64,000 nt of DNA, from NCBI RefSeq assembly GCF_009914755.1, contig NC_060925.1; one strand, 5' to 3'. The notes below the pieces were generated by a model that worked only from the letters and a program-made list of their open reading frames with translations, made no database searches and was not told the origin of the DNA. The position numbers were made by a program, and so were the translations under genes. Origin of the DNA: the human T2T-CHM13v2.0 reference genome, Homo sapiens. Position 1 is the stretch's first letter. Every line of letters begins with the position of its first letter. Of this stretch, positions 12,864 through 26,540 are shown piece after piece.

Positions 12864-13164
12864 GTTTTTTTTTTTTTTTTTGAGACGGAGTCTTGCTCTG
12901 TCGCCCATGCTGGAGTGCAGTCATGTGATCTTGGCTCATGGCAAGCTGCACTTCCCGGCTTCATGGCGTTCTCCTGCCTCAGCCTCCCGAGTAGCTGGGA
13001 CTACAGGTGCCTGCCACCACACCCGGCTAATTTTTTTTGAATCTTCAGTAGAGACGGGGTTTCACCGTGTTAGCCAGGATGGTCTTGATCTCCTGACCTC
13101 GTGATCTGCCCGCCTCGGCCTCCCAAAGTGCTGGGATTACAGGCGTGAGCCTCCGCGCCCGGCC
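12864..13164 (-). mobile_element. AluY
   Basis: AluY diagnostics (CCGTGTTAGCCAGGATGG). TSD ATGTCA(C/T)GACTTTCT at 12849-12863 and 13165-13179. Confidence 0.93.
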
Positions 13165-13771
13165 ATGTCATGACTTTCTCTGATTCTTGGGAGCACTTCC
13201 AGCATCATTGGTGGCATTTGTATGGGTCCCTTGGTGTTATTCAAGTTTGAGGTATTTCCCTAAGCATGGTGAAAAATAGGCAAGAACTGTGAGAGATACT
13301 TTTTACTTCAGTTCTACTGGAAAGAAAAATGGCTCACGTGGAGATAATTAGCATCACACAGTGTTTTAAGCAGATACTCACAACACTTGAACTCATCGCA
13401 ACAGCAACAGGAGGTGGCCACAAAATTATTACAGCAGTATAGTATTTGCTGCAGTTAATTTTGTGTAGTTATAATTGAATACTGCATTTCTATGTTTGTT
13501 TACATTTCTCTCAACTGCAAATGAGACCATGAATGGTCTGTGTGCATAAGTTTTGATAAATTTTAACTTTTTATAATAGATTTGTATATATTTTGTGATG
13601 GTAGATAATCAAATAGACTAGTATCTACGTACATTTTATGCATGTATGACCTATCTAATTTTTTTCTTAATTTTTTGATATTTCTAGGCTGCACATTTTG
13701 TCTGCAAGTTTTTTCAAATTGTCGCAAATCTCCAAAAAATGTTCCAATATATTTATTGAAAAATATCTGTT

Positions 13772-14070
13772 GGCTGGGCACGGTGGCTCACGCCTATAAT
13801 CACAGCACTTTGGGAGGCCGAGGTGAGCAGATACTTGAGTCCAGGAGTTTGAAACCAGCCTGGGCAACATAGTGAAACCCTGTCTCTACAAAAATAAAAC
13901 AAAACACGAATTAGCCAGCTATGGTGGCACATACCTGTAGTCCCAGTTATTCAGGAGGCTGAGGTGGGAGGATCACTTCAGCCTGGGAGGCTGAGGCTGC
14001 AGTGAGCTGTGATCATGCCACTGCTTTCCAGCCTGGGCGACAGGGTGAGACCCTGTCTCAAAAAAAAAAA
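13772..14070 (+). mobile_element. AluJ-like
   Basis: Full Alu with poly(A), inside the Tigger2 element. Confidence 0.9.
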
Positions 14071-14660
14071 AAAAAATCTGTGTATAAGTGGACCCATGCT
14101 GTTCAAACCTGTATTGTTCAGTGGCCAACTGTATATAAAAATCTCCATTTTGGTAAATCTGTAGTGCCTACAAATCAACTCATTTGTGGCCTAATTGCTT
14201 TTTTTCTTCTCATGTTCCTCACCTCTAACATGTATATAAAAATCATCAACTTCATGTATTTACTAAATACTATAAAAATTATCATTTAGTCAGTGGTATC
14301 TAGATCTTTTTAGCCTATGAGGTAATATGTAAGTATGGTTAGAATTTATAAAGCAGTGATGTTTGCATGTTTTCATATGCAATTTGAGTTGATTTTTATG
14401 ATTTGAAGCTTTATCTTTATAAGATCCCTGAATATCAAAGACATTGGGGAAATCTATAGAATCACCAAGAATTATATCAAAAAGAGACCAAAGCCATGGA
14501 GTCTAACTTTTCACTCACCACAGAGCAAGCCAAAAAGTCAGTGAACCAAATCATTCCTTTTATATACTGTAAGTGGATTTTAGTTTCAAAGGAAAAAACT
14601 CATTAAATAGTGAAAGAATTTGTACCTATTTCTTATTAAAATATTTTGGCTTTCACTTAC

Positions 14661-14692
14661 TTGGCTGTCAACGATAGTCCTTGTCATTTAAC
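14661..14692 (-). pseudogene. candidate 32-nt exon VK*QGLSLTA(N)
   Basis: T-run + AG acceptor and CAA|GTAAGT donor. Phase 0 to 2. TGA at 14684-14686. Confidence 0.5.
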
Positions 14693-14784
14693 CTAAAAAA
14701 ATCTTTGTTGCAATTTGAATCTGCCACATGGAATATTCTGGTAGTGGCCGGTGAAAATAAATGACCAAACACCCCAAATCTTCT

Positions 14785-15165
14785 GTGTTAGGATACCAGG
14801 TCAGCTCCTGAAACAAAGGCCAACATAACAGTGTCAGACAAGATGGAAATTTCTTTCTTTCTCACAAAATAGTCAAGCTTAAATAGACTAGAGCTGATAT
14901 GGCCATTTCATAGTGCAAGGGATCAGGCTCTTTCCATCTGGGTGCTCTGCCATTCTCAACATGAAGTTTCCATCTTGTGGTCTAATGTAGCTGCTCCTGC
15001 AACTGCCACCATCTGCATTCCAACCAGCGGGAAGAGGAGAAGGGCCAAGGGGAGGGCTCATATCCTTGCAGCTTGCATAACATGTGCCAAGTCACATGGC
15101 CACCCCTAGTTGTAACCAAAATGGAAAGTATAGCTCTTAGCTGTTGTAGACTGGTAGAGTGGAAG
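14785..15165. mobile_element. MaLR LTR (MLT1J-like)
   Basis: MLT1-type motifs (TTCCATCTG...CTCTGCCATTCTCAACATG; AGTCACATGGCCACCCCTAG). Confidence 0.55.
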
Positions 15166-15410
15166 TTTTCTGGCATACCATTCCATTACAAACTTACTAC
15201 TATCTTATCGTGCTAAACCAGAAAATGTCTACTTATTAAAACACAGCAATAGCAACCCAAATGTCAATCCAAAGAAACAAACCCTAAATCAAATTAACTA
15301 ACATTAGAAAATAGTGAGAAAATTCTTGTAGTGTGTATTCTGTACATATAAACTAAACTGTTGTCTTTCAGACTATCAAGGTAATACATAATATACTAAG
15401 GAAGTAATCA

Positions 15411-15708
<298 letters not shown>

Positions 15709-16110
15709 TTAATTGACCTGCTGGCACCTCAGAGTTATCCTCTGAAAGTGGATGATTAAGGGCATCTTTAGGTGTAGTTCTGCCATTTTCAGACTCTATG
15801 TTTCACTGTCATGTTGCTGAAATTCTAGACAAGTGTTTCAAAGGGTCCTCAGAAAAACATAGGGTCTTTTATCAAAAGCTTTACAAATGTACACTCCCTT
15901 TGACCCCAAAATACTATAAAAACACTACTTTTAGGAGTTTGTCCTAAGGAAAACATTGGGGATGAAGGAAATGATTCATAAAGATATTTATTGCAAAGTA
16001 GTTTGTTGCAATGAAAGATTAAAAATAATCTATATATCCTGTAAAAGGAAACTGTACATAAGTTATATCAACACAATAGAATGTCTCACTGCCATTAAAA
16101 ATGATAGGTA

Positions 16111-16512
<402 letters not shown>

Positions 16513-16544
16513 TCAAAGTTTATAAATTAACGCTGTGAATATTC

Positions 16545-17200
<656 letters not shown>

Positions 17201-18629
17201 CACCAAGAGAGACAAGACCATCAAGTAGACCAGCACACTCCAAACAGATCTTTGGAAAGAAGGCATTGAGAGTGGACAGAGGGAGGATGCAGACCCTGGG
17301 GCTGAAAGGACAGAAAGTTGGAAATCCTGCACAGGGTTGCCAAGCACTGGAACTCAATCCTGACCACAAGTGGCTCTTAGGGAAGCAGTAAGTTGAATAG
17401 GCATGGAGCAGCCCACTCTCACCATGGACCTCCAGGATCCTAGCTGTGGGAGACCCCACGACCCCGATGGATGGATATTTGAGTTGTCAGGGAGAACTGC
17501 CCAGAGAATTGGCAGAGACAGAGCTCTAGCTTGCACAAAGCCCAGAGGGTTTGGTGTGAGAACGTCTGCTCTGGAACATAGCCTTGGAGTACTCATCCCC
17601 CAAGGCTTGCCATACTCCTCTAGGTGTCTGTAAACTTTGTTAGCTGCCAGATTTGGAGAGAGCAGGGCAGTCATGCCTGTGGGATAGGGTCAGTATGATC
17701 TGAACACCTTCCTGTCTGCTGGCCTCTCCTAGGGTCCAGGCCTGGACACATCCACTTGCAGCAGGCCTCAGCTGCCCTGCTGGAATGCTTGGCAGCAGCC
17801 ATGTTCCCATTGGAGCACTTTTGCAGACACACCCTAGCTGGCAGACACCTGCCTGCAGCCTCCCCCAGCTGCCCTACCAGTGCGCAGTCCCATTGAGACC
17901 ACCACCATCCTGGCAGTGTGCATATGTGTGGACTGCTGCCACCTCACCACTGTGCCCATGCCCATACCCTCCCTCTGTCATACCATCCTGCTGCTGCTTA
18001 CTCCCCCATGGCCTCTGCACTGCAGCACACTCTTCTGGACTCCCCCACCCCCTGCTGCCCCATCAGAGGCTTTTGCTGGCAGTCCTTGTGGGCCTATTGT
18101 TGCCAGTGGACTGGAACACTTTGGCCCTTCCAGCACAGCAGTGCTTAATCTCAAGAAGCCAGAGAACAAAGCCACGGGCCGAGTCTCAGCCCCACAGGGT
18201 TAGAACATGCAGCCCAGGAGTGTTGAGCTGACCCATGGGCCCCTAAAAGTATCCAGAAAGGAAGCCAATTGAGTAAACCCAACTTATACCAAAGTCAAAC
18301 CCTCAAGGGCATCAAAAAATATAAAAGCAAAAAGCCACATTCAAGGACAGCAACTTCAAAGATTAAAAGAACATCAGCCCACACAGATGAGAAAGAACCA
18401 GCACAAGAGTTCTGGCAACTGTAACAGTCAGAGTGTCTTCTTACCTCCAAATGACCACACTAACTACCCAGATATGGTTCTTAACAAGATTGAAATGGCT
18501 GAAATGACAGACATAGAATTCAGAATCTGCATGGCAAGGAAGCTCAACAAGATACAGGAGAAAGTTGAAACCCAATCCAAGGAAACCAGTAAAATGATCC
18601 AACAGTTGAAAGATGAAACCATTTAAAAA

Positions 18630-19215
18630 CTAAAAAATTTTTTTTAACTTTTGACTTTTTGTGGGTACATAGTAGCTATATATAATTCTGGAGTACATGA
18701 GATATTTTGATACAGGCATGCAATGCATAATAACCACATCATGGAAAATTGGGTATCTATCCGCTCAAGCATTTATCCTTTCTGTTACAAACAATCCAGT
18801 TATACTCTTAGTTATTTTTAAAATGTACAATTAAATTATTATTGACTATAGTCCCCCTGTTGTGCTATCAAATACTAGGTCTTATTCATACTGTGTATTT
18901 TTTTGTACCCATTAACCATCCCTACCTCCTCCCAGCCCCGCACTACCTCTCCCAGCCTCTGGTAACCATCCTTGTATCTTCTCTCTTCAGAAGTTCAATC
19001 ATTTTGATTTTTAGATCCTATAAATGAGAATGTGTGATGTTTTTCTTTCTGTGCCTGACTTATTTCATTAGCATAATGATCTCCAGTTCCAACCATGTTG
19101 TTGCAAATGACAGAATCTCATTCTTTTTATGACTGAATAGTACTCCATTGTGTATAAGTACCACATTTTCTTTATCCATTCATCTGTTGATGAACACCTA
19201 GGCTGCTTCCAAATC
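18630..19215 (-). mobile_element. L1MA1/2-like 3' fragment nested in ORF1 of the plus-strand L1
   Basis: GTGGGTACATAGTAG...GATACAGGCATGCAATG L1MA 3' UTR signature. The host ORF1 resumes after it. Confidence 0.8.
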
Positions 19216-19242
19216 TAGCCACTTTAAGAAAGAACCAAACTG

Positions 19243-19603
<361 letters not shown>

Positions 19604-22600
19604 TTAATAACAGACTAGACCAAGCTGAGGAAAGAATCTCAGAGTTTAAAGACCACTCTCTCAAATCAGTGCAGACAGACAAAAATAAAGAAAAAATAAT
19701 TTTAAAAAATGAACAAAACCTCTGAGAAATATGGGATTATGTAAAGAGGCCAAACCTATGACTCATTGGCATTCCTGAAAGGGATGGAGAGCAAGTAAGC
19801 AACTTGGAAAACATATTTGAGGATATTGTCCATGAAAATTTCCCCAATCTTGCTACAGAGGTTGACTTGCAAATTCAGGAAGTTCAGAGAACCCCTGTAA
19901 GATACTATACAAGATGACCATCTCCGAGATACATAGTCATCACATACTGCAAGTTCAGTATGAAATAAAAAAATCTTAAAGGCAGCCAGAGAGAAGGGGC
20001 AGGTCATATACAAAGAGAACCCCATCAGATTAACAGTGGATCTTTCAGCAGAAACCTTACAAGCCAGAAGAGATTAGGGGCCTACATAGAGCATCACTAA
20101 AGCACAGAAATTCCAACCAAGAATTTCATAGCCAGCCAAACTAAGCTTAATAAGCAAAGGAGAAATGAAATCCTTTTTAGACAAACAAATGCTAAGGGAA
20201 TTCATTACCATGAGACCTGCCTTACAAGAGTTTGTTAAGGGAGTGCTAAACATGGAAAGGAAAGACTGATACCTACCACACATAAACACACTTAGGTACA
20301 CAGCCCACTGACACTATAAAACAGCTATGCAATCAAGTCTACATAACAACCAGCTAACAACAAGATGATAGGATCAAATTCTTACATATCAATATTGACC
20401 TTGATTGTAAATGGACTAAACACCCAACTTAAAAGGCACAGAGTGGCAACTTGGATAAAGAAGGAAGATCTGACCGTATGCTGTCTTCAAGAGACCCATC
20501 TCATATCTGATGACTCCTATAGGCTCAAAATAAAAGGATGGAGAAAGATCTATCAAGTAAATGAAAAACAAAAAAGAGCAGGGTTGCTGTTCTTATTTCA
20601 GACAAGCAGACTTAACCAACAATGATTAAAAAGGACAAAGAAGGGCATTACATACTGATAAAGGGTTTAATTCAACAAGAAGACTTAACTATCCTAAATA
20701 TATATGCACTCAACATTGGAGCACCCAGATTCATAAAAACAAGTTCTTAGAGACCTCTGAAGAAACTTAGATAGCCACACAATAACAGTGGGAGACTTCA
20801 ACACCCCACTGACAGTGTTAGATCATTGAGGTAGAAAACTAACAAAGATATTCAGGAGCAAAACTTGACACTTGACCAACAGACCTAACAGACATCTACA
20901 GAACACTCCACCCAACAATAAGAATATACATTCTTCTCATCAGCACATACTTTAAGATGGACAATATGCTCGGCCATAAAACAATTCCAAACAAATTTTA
21001 AAAAACTAAAATCATATCAACCACACTCTTGGGCTACAGAGCAATAAAAATAGAAATCAATACAAAGATCTCTCAAAAACCATAAATTACATGGAAATTA
21101 AACAACGTGGTCCTGAATGATTTTGAATAAAGAATGAAATTAAGACAGATATCAAAAAATTCTTTGAAACTAATGAAAACAAAGATACAGCATTACTAGA
21201 ATCTTCATTTACTCAGAGATTCTAATGTAATGTTAAGAGGAAAGTTTATAGTGCTAAATTCCTATATCAAGATGTTAAAAAGATCCTCAAATTAACAAAC
21301 TAACATCACACTTAGAGAGACTAGAAGAGCAAGAGCAAACCAGTCCCAAAACTAGTAGAAGAAAAGGAATAACCAAAATCAGAGCTGAACTGATTGAAAT
21401 TGAGACATGAACTTGGTTTTTTGAAACAATAAACAAGATTGATAGAATACTAGCTAGATTAATAAAGAAAAAAGAGAGAAGATCCAAATAAACACAATCA
21501 GAAATAATAAAGGTGACATTACCACTGACCCCACAGAAATACAAAAAACTCTCAGAGTCTATTATGAACACCTCTATGCACACAAACTAGGAAACCTACA
21601 AGAAATGGATAAATTCCTGGAACATAAAACCTCCCAAGATTGAACCGGGAAGAAATTGAAATCCCGAACAGACAAATAATGAGTTCTGAAACTGAGTCAG
21701 TAATTAAAAACTTAACCAACCAGAACAAGCTCTGGACCAGAAGGATTTACAGCCAAATTCTACCAGATGTACAAAGAAGAGCTAGTACCAATCCTACTGA
21801 AACTACTCCAAAAAATTGAGGAGGAAGGATTCCTCCGTAACTTATTCTATGAGGCCAACATCATTCTGGCACTGAAGCCTGGCAGAGACACAATGAAAAA
21901 AGGAAACTTCAGGCCAAAATACCTTATAAATATAGATGCAAAAATCTTCAACAAAATACTAGCAAACCAAATCTAGCAGCACATCAAAAAGCTAATCCAC
22001 TATGATCATGTAGGCTTTATCCCTGGGATGCAAGGTTGGTTCAACATATGCAAATCACTTTTATGTAATAAAAGTAATTCATCTCATAAACAAAACTAAA
22101 AACAAGAACCACATGATAATCTCAATAGATACAGAAAACACTTTTTTTAAAAATAAAATTCAACATACATTCATGTTAAAAACCCTCAACAAACTAGATA
22201 TTGAAGGAACAATCCTCAAAATAATAAGAGCCATCTATGACAAACCCACAACCAACATCATGCTGAACAGGCAAAAGCTAGAAGTATTTCCTTTGAGAAC
22301 TGAAACAAGACAAAGAATGCTGACTCTCACCACTCCTATTCAACATAGTACTGGAAGTCCTAGCCAAAGCAGTCAGGCAAGAGAAAAAAATAAACAGCAC
22401 CCAAATAGGAAGAGAGGAAGCCAAACTATCTCCTTCCACAGATGATATGATTCTATACCTAGAAAACCCCCATAGTTTCTGCCCAAAGGCTCCTAGAACT
22501 AATAAACAACTTCAGTAACATTTCAGGATAGAAAATTAATGTACAGAAATCAGTAGCATTTCTTTATGCCAATAATGTCAAGCTAAGAGCCAAATCAAGA

Positions 22601-24114
22601 ATGCAGTCCCATTCACAATAGCCACAGAAAAAAGAAAATACCTAGGAATGCAGCTAACCAGGCAGATGAAATATCTCTACAATTAGAATCACAAAACACT
22701 CCTGAAAGAAATAAGAGATAACACAAATGGAAAAACATTGCATGCTCATGGACAGGAAGAATCAATATTGTTAAAAAGGCCACAGTGCCAGAAGCAATGT
22801 ACAGACTCAATACTATTCCTTTCAAACTACCAACATCATTTTTCATAGAATTAGAAAAAACTTCAGAAATTCACATGGAACAAAAAATGAGCCCAAATAG
22901 CCAAAGCAATCCTAAGCAAAAAGAACAAAGCCAGAGAACAAAACCAAAACAGCATGGTAGTTGTACAAAAACAGACACATAAACCTATAGAACAGGTTAG
23001 AGAACCCAGAAACCAAGCTGCACAGCTACGACCATCTGATCTTCAACAAGCTGACAATAACAAGCAACAGGGAAAGGACTCCCTATTCAATAAATCGTGT
23101 TGGGATAACTGGCTGGTCATATGCAGAAGATTGAATCTGGACCTATTCCTTTCACTATATGCAAAAATCAACTCCAAATGGATTAAAGACTTAAATATAA
23201 GACCTAAAACTAAAAACGCTAGAAGAAAACCTAGGAAATATCATTCTGGACCTAGACCTTGGCAAAGATTTCATGATAAAGACTCTAAAAGCAATTGCAA
23301 CAAAAATAAAAATTGACAAGTAGGACCTAATTAATGACCTTTTGCACAGCAAAAGAAACTATCAATACAGTAAACAGACAACCTACAGCATGGGAGAAAA
23401 TATTCTCAAACTTTACATGTAACAAAGGTCAAATATCCAGAATTTGTAAGGAACTTAAGCAAATCAGCAGGTAAAAAAACAAACAATCCCATTTCAAAAA
23501 TAGGAAAAGGACATAAACAGACACTTCTCAAAAGAAGACACACATGCAGCCAACGAACATGAAAAAATGCTCAACATCACTAATCATTGGAGAAAATGCA
23601 AATCAAAACCACAATGAAATACCATCTCATACCGGTGAAAGCTATTATTAAACCAGAATGGCTATTATTAAAAAGTAAAAAAACAAAAAGCATGTTGATG
23701 AGGTTGCAGGAATGTAAATTAGTTTAGCCACTGCGGAAAGCAGTTTGGAGATTTCTCAAAGAACTTAAAACAGAACTACCATTTGACCCAGCAATTCCAT
23801 TACTGGGTATATATCCAAAAGAAAACACATTGTTCTACCAAAAAACAAAAACAAACAAACAAACAAACAAAAACATCTAGCAATTGAAAAAATACTTTGG
23901 GAAAATTGCGATTTTTCTGGTCAAACTTCTTTGGTATGTGCCTTTCTGATCTTCTAAATGTATTTATCTACCTACCATTCTTGGTTCTTTATTACCACTC
24001 TTTTAAGAGGAATCATTTCTTTTGTTATCTTTACATTGCATAATTAAAACCGATTGACTTATCTGGGCTTTACCTGTTTAAGCTATCAAAAGTAATAATA
24101 TTTGCCTTCCTTAC

Positions 24115-24137
24115 CAAGATTCCTGGGGATATTTCCC
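24115..24137 (-). pseudogene. candidate 23-nt micro-exon (G)EISPGIL
   Basis: Long T run + CAG acceptor and TTG|GTAAGG donor. Phase 1 to 0. Confidence 0.55.
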
Positions 24138-25562
24138 CTGAAAAAAAAAAAAAGTGTTGGATTCTTCTGTTTTTATTTTTCTGTTGTCATAGCTTTGTAA
24201 CAATTAATTATGTGTAAGTTTCCATTATACCTTATATAATCACAAACAGTGCATTATCTATATACACAGAGGGTTAGAAGCTCTCTATTGTGGTGTTTAG
24301 CCTCACGCTAATCCAGACAATCTAAAAGGATAACAAGGATAATGAGTTCCTCTACGCTTCACATCGATTATTAGATAGAACTTTTGACTGAAAGTGGCAG
24401 AATCTAACTTGAACTAGAGTATGCAAAATGGCAAACATATTAGCCCATAAAATGAAACTGCTGGAGATGTGATGGTGTAAGGACTCACATCTCCCTTCTT
24501 CTCATTCTTCTCTTTATATGTTAATCTCATTATCTGAAGACTGTTTTCCCCAAAAGGCCAACTTATTCCCAGCTGCTTCCATGAGAGGAAAGGGCTCATT
24601 TTCTCTAGAAGCCAAGGTAAAAAATCTAGGAAAGGGGCTCACCTCTGTAGGAGAGAGAGGGAGGAATATGGGTTATATGTGGGTTATTGTGATTAACAGC
24701 CATCATCAAAACCACATTGCTGGAATGAGGTGGGAGGAGTTCCCCCAAAGTCGTGTGCTACAGGGTCACCAAAAAGACAACCATGACATCTCTGTGCCTT
24801 TTAACTGCAAGGAAGTTGGAGAAGATATGAAGTGCTAAACAACAGACAAAATTCTTTTGCCAATTTTACAAACATTTATCACTGCCACGCAAGAAACGAA
24901 CATAAACAAGGAATAATCTTTATCCTAAAGAATTTTATAATCCATGGAGGGATTAGAAAGTGCACAGGCAATTATGATTCAAGAGAGACTATACTAATTA
25001 TCACAAAAAGCTTACAAAGGGCTCTAGGGAGTTCAGTGCCAAGGGAGAGACCTTATTAATTTGAATGGAAAAGGCTAGGCAGATGATTTGGGCTTTGGGA
25101 CACTGGGATTTTGATGGGCAGAGCTGGCACTTTGAACAGTGATGAAAGGATACTCTATCTAGCTGAAACTACATGAGGAAGTCTTCTACTTGGGAGAGGT
25201 GTGCAGAGGGCATTTGGGGAGCTGCAAAGAATCTAGCTGCAAACCGAAGGTGGGGATTAAAGTTATATTATGGAGGATCTTGAATGTCAGGCTAAGGAAT
25301 GTATACTAATTATCCTGTGGTTTCTCTCACAGAAACCAATGGCTGCATTAAATGAGTCTATAGAAGATTTTTCATCTCTGGACATGTCTAATTGCAGAGC
25401 TCTAATTGGAGGAACGTGTGGCAGTATCTGAAAGGAGAAAATAGGTGCTTGCTGCTTTGTTTCTGTCAAAACCTCTGATGTTAGAATATGTACAAAAAAT
25501 GGGCACAAAAAGTTGGCTACATATAGCTTAAAGTGGGAAAAATAAGCAAGAAGATAATTCTT

Positions 25563-26046
<484 letters not shown>

Positions 26047-26047
26047 T

Positions 26048-26540
26048 TTGATAGGCTGAAAATGGCACCTCAAAAGACAATGCATCTGAATCCCTGGAAC
26101 TTATAAAATATTATCTTATTTGGCAATAGGGTCTTTGCAGATCTGATTAAAGATCTTAAGACAAGAAATTATCCTAGATTACCTGGATGAATCCTAAATA
26201 CCGGCACAAGGACTCTTTTAAGAGAGAGACAGAGGGAGATTACACACATGGAAGAGGAGGAGGCACTGTGATCACAGAGGCAGAGCCTGGAGTGACGCAG
26301 TAACAACCAAGGGATGAGGGCAGCCACCGGAAACTGGAAAAGGAAATGAATGGATTCTCCCCTACAGCATGTGGAAGGAACACAGGCGGCTTTGCTGACC
26401 TCTTGATTTCAGCCCAGTGAAACTGACTTCAAATTTCCGAATCATAGTTCTGAATTAGAACTGTGAGAAAGTGAATTTCCGTTGTTTTAAGCTATCAAGT
26501 TTGTGGCAATTTGTTACAGAAGCCACAGGAAAGGAATACA
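26048..26540 (+). mobile_element. MaLR solo LTR (MLT1C/D-like)
   Basis: TTTGCAGATCTGATTAAAGATCTT...GGATTCTCCCCTA...AGTTTGTGGCAATTTGTTACAG...AATACA end. Confidence 0.8.

Larger units (their letters stand above)
12485..14131. mobile_element. Tigger2-family DNA transposon (Tigger2b-like), interrupted by two Alus
   Basis: TIRs CAGTTGACCCTTGA ... TCAGTGGCCAACTG with TA on both sides. About 1 kb after removing the Alus. Confidence 0.8.

Noticed and set aside
17785-18231. 148-aa and overlapping ORFs
   Set aside because: GC-rich L1 5' UTR, so chance ORFs.
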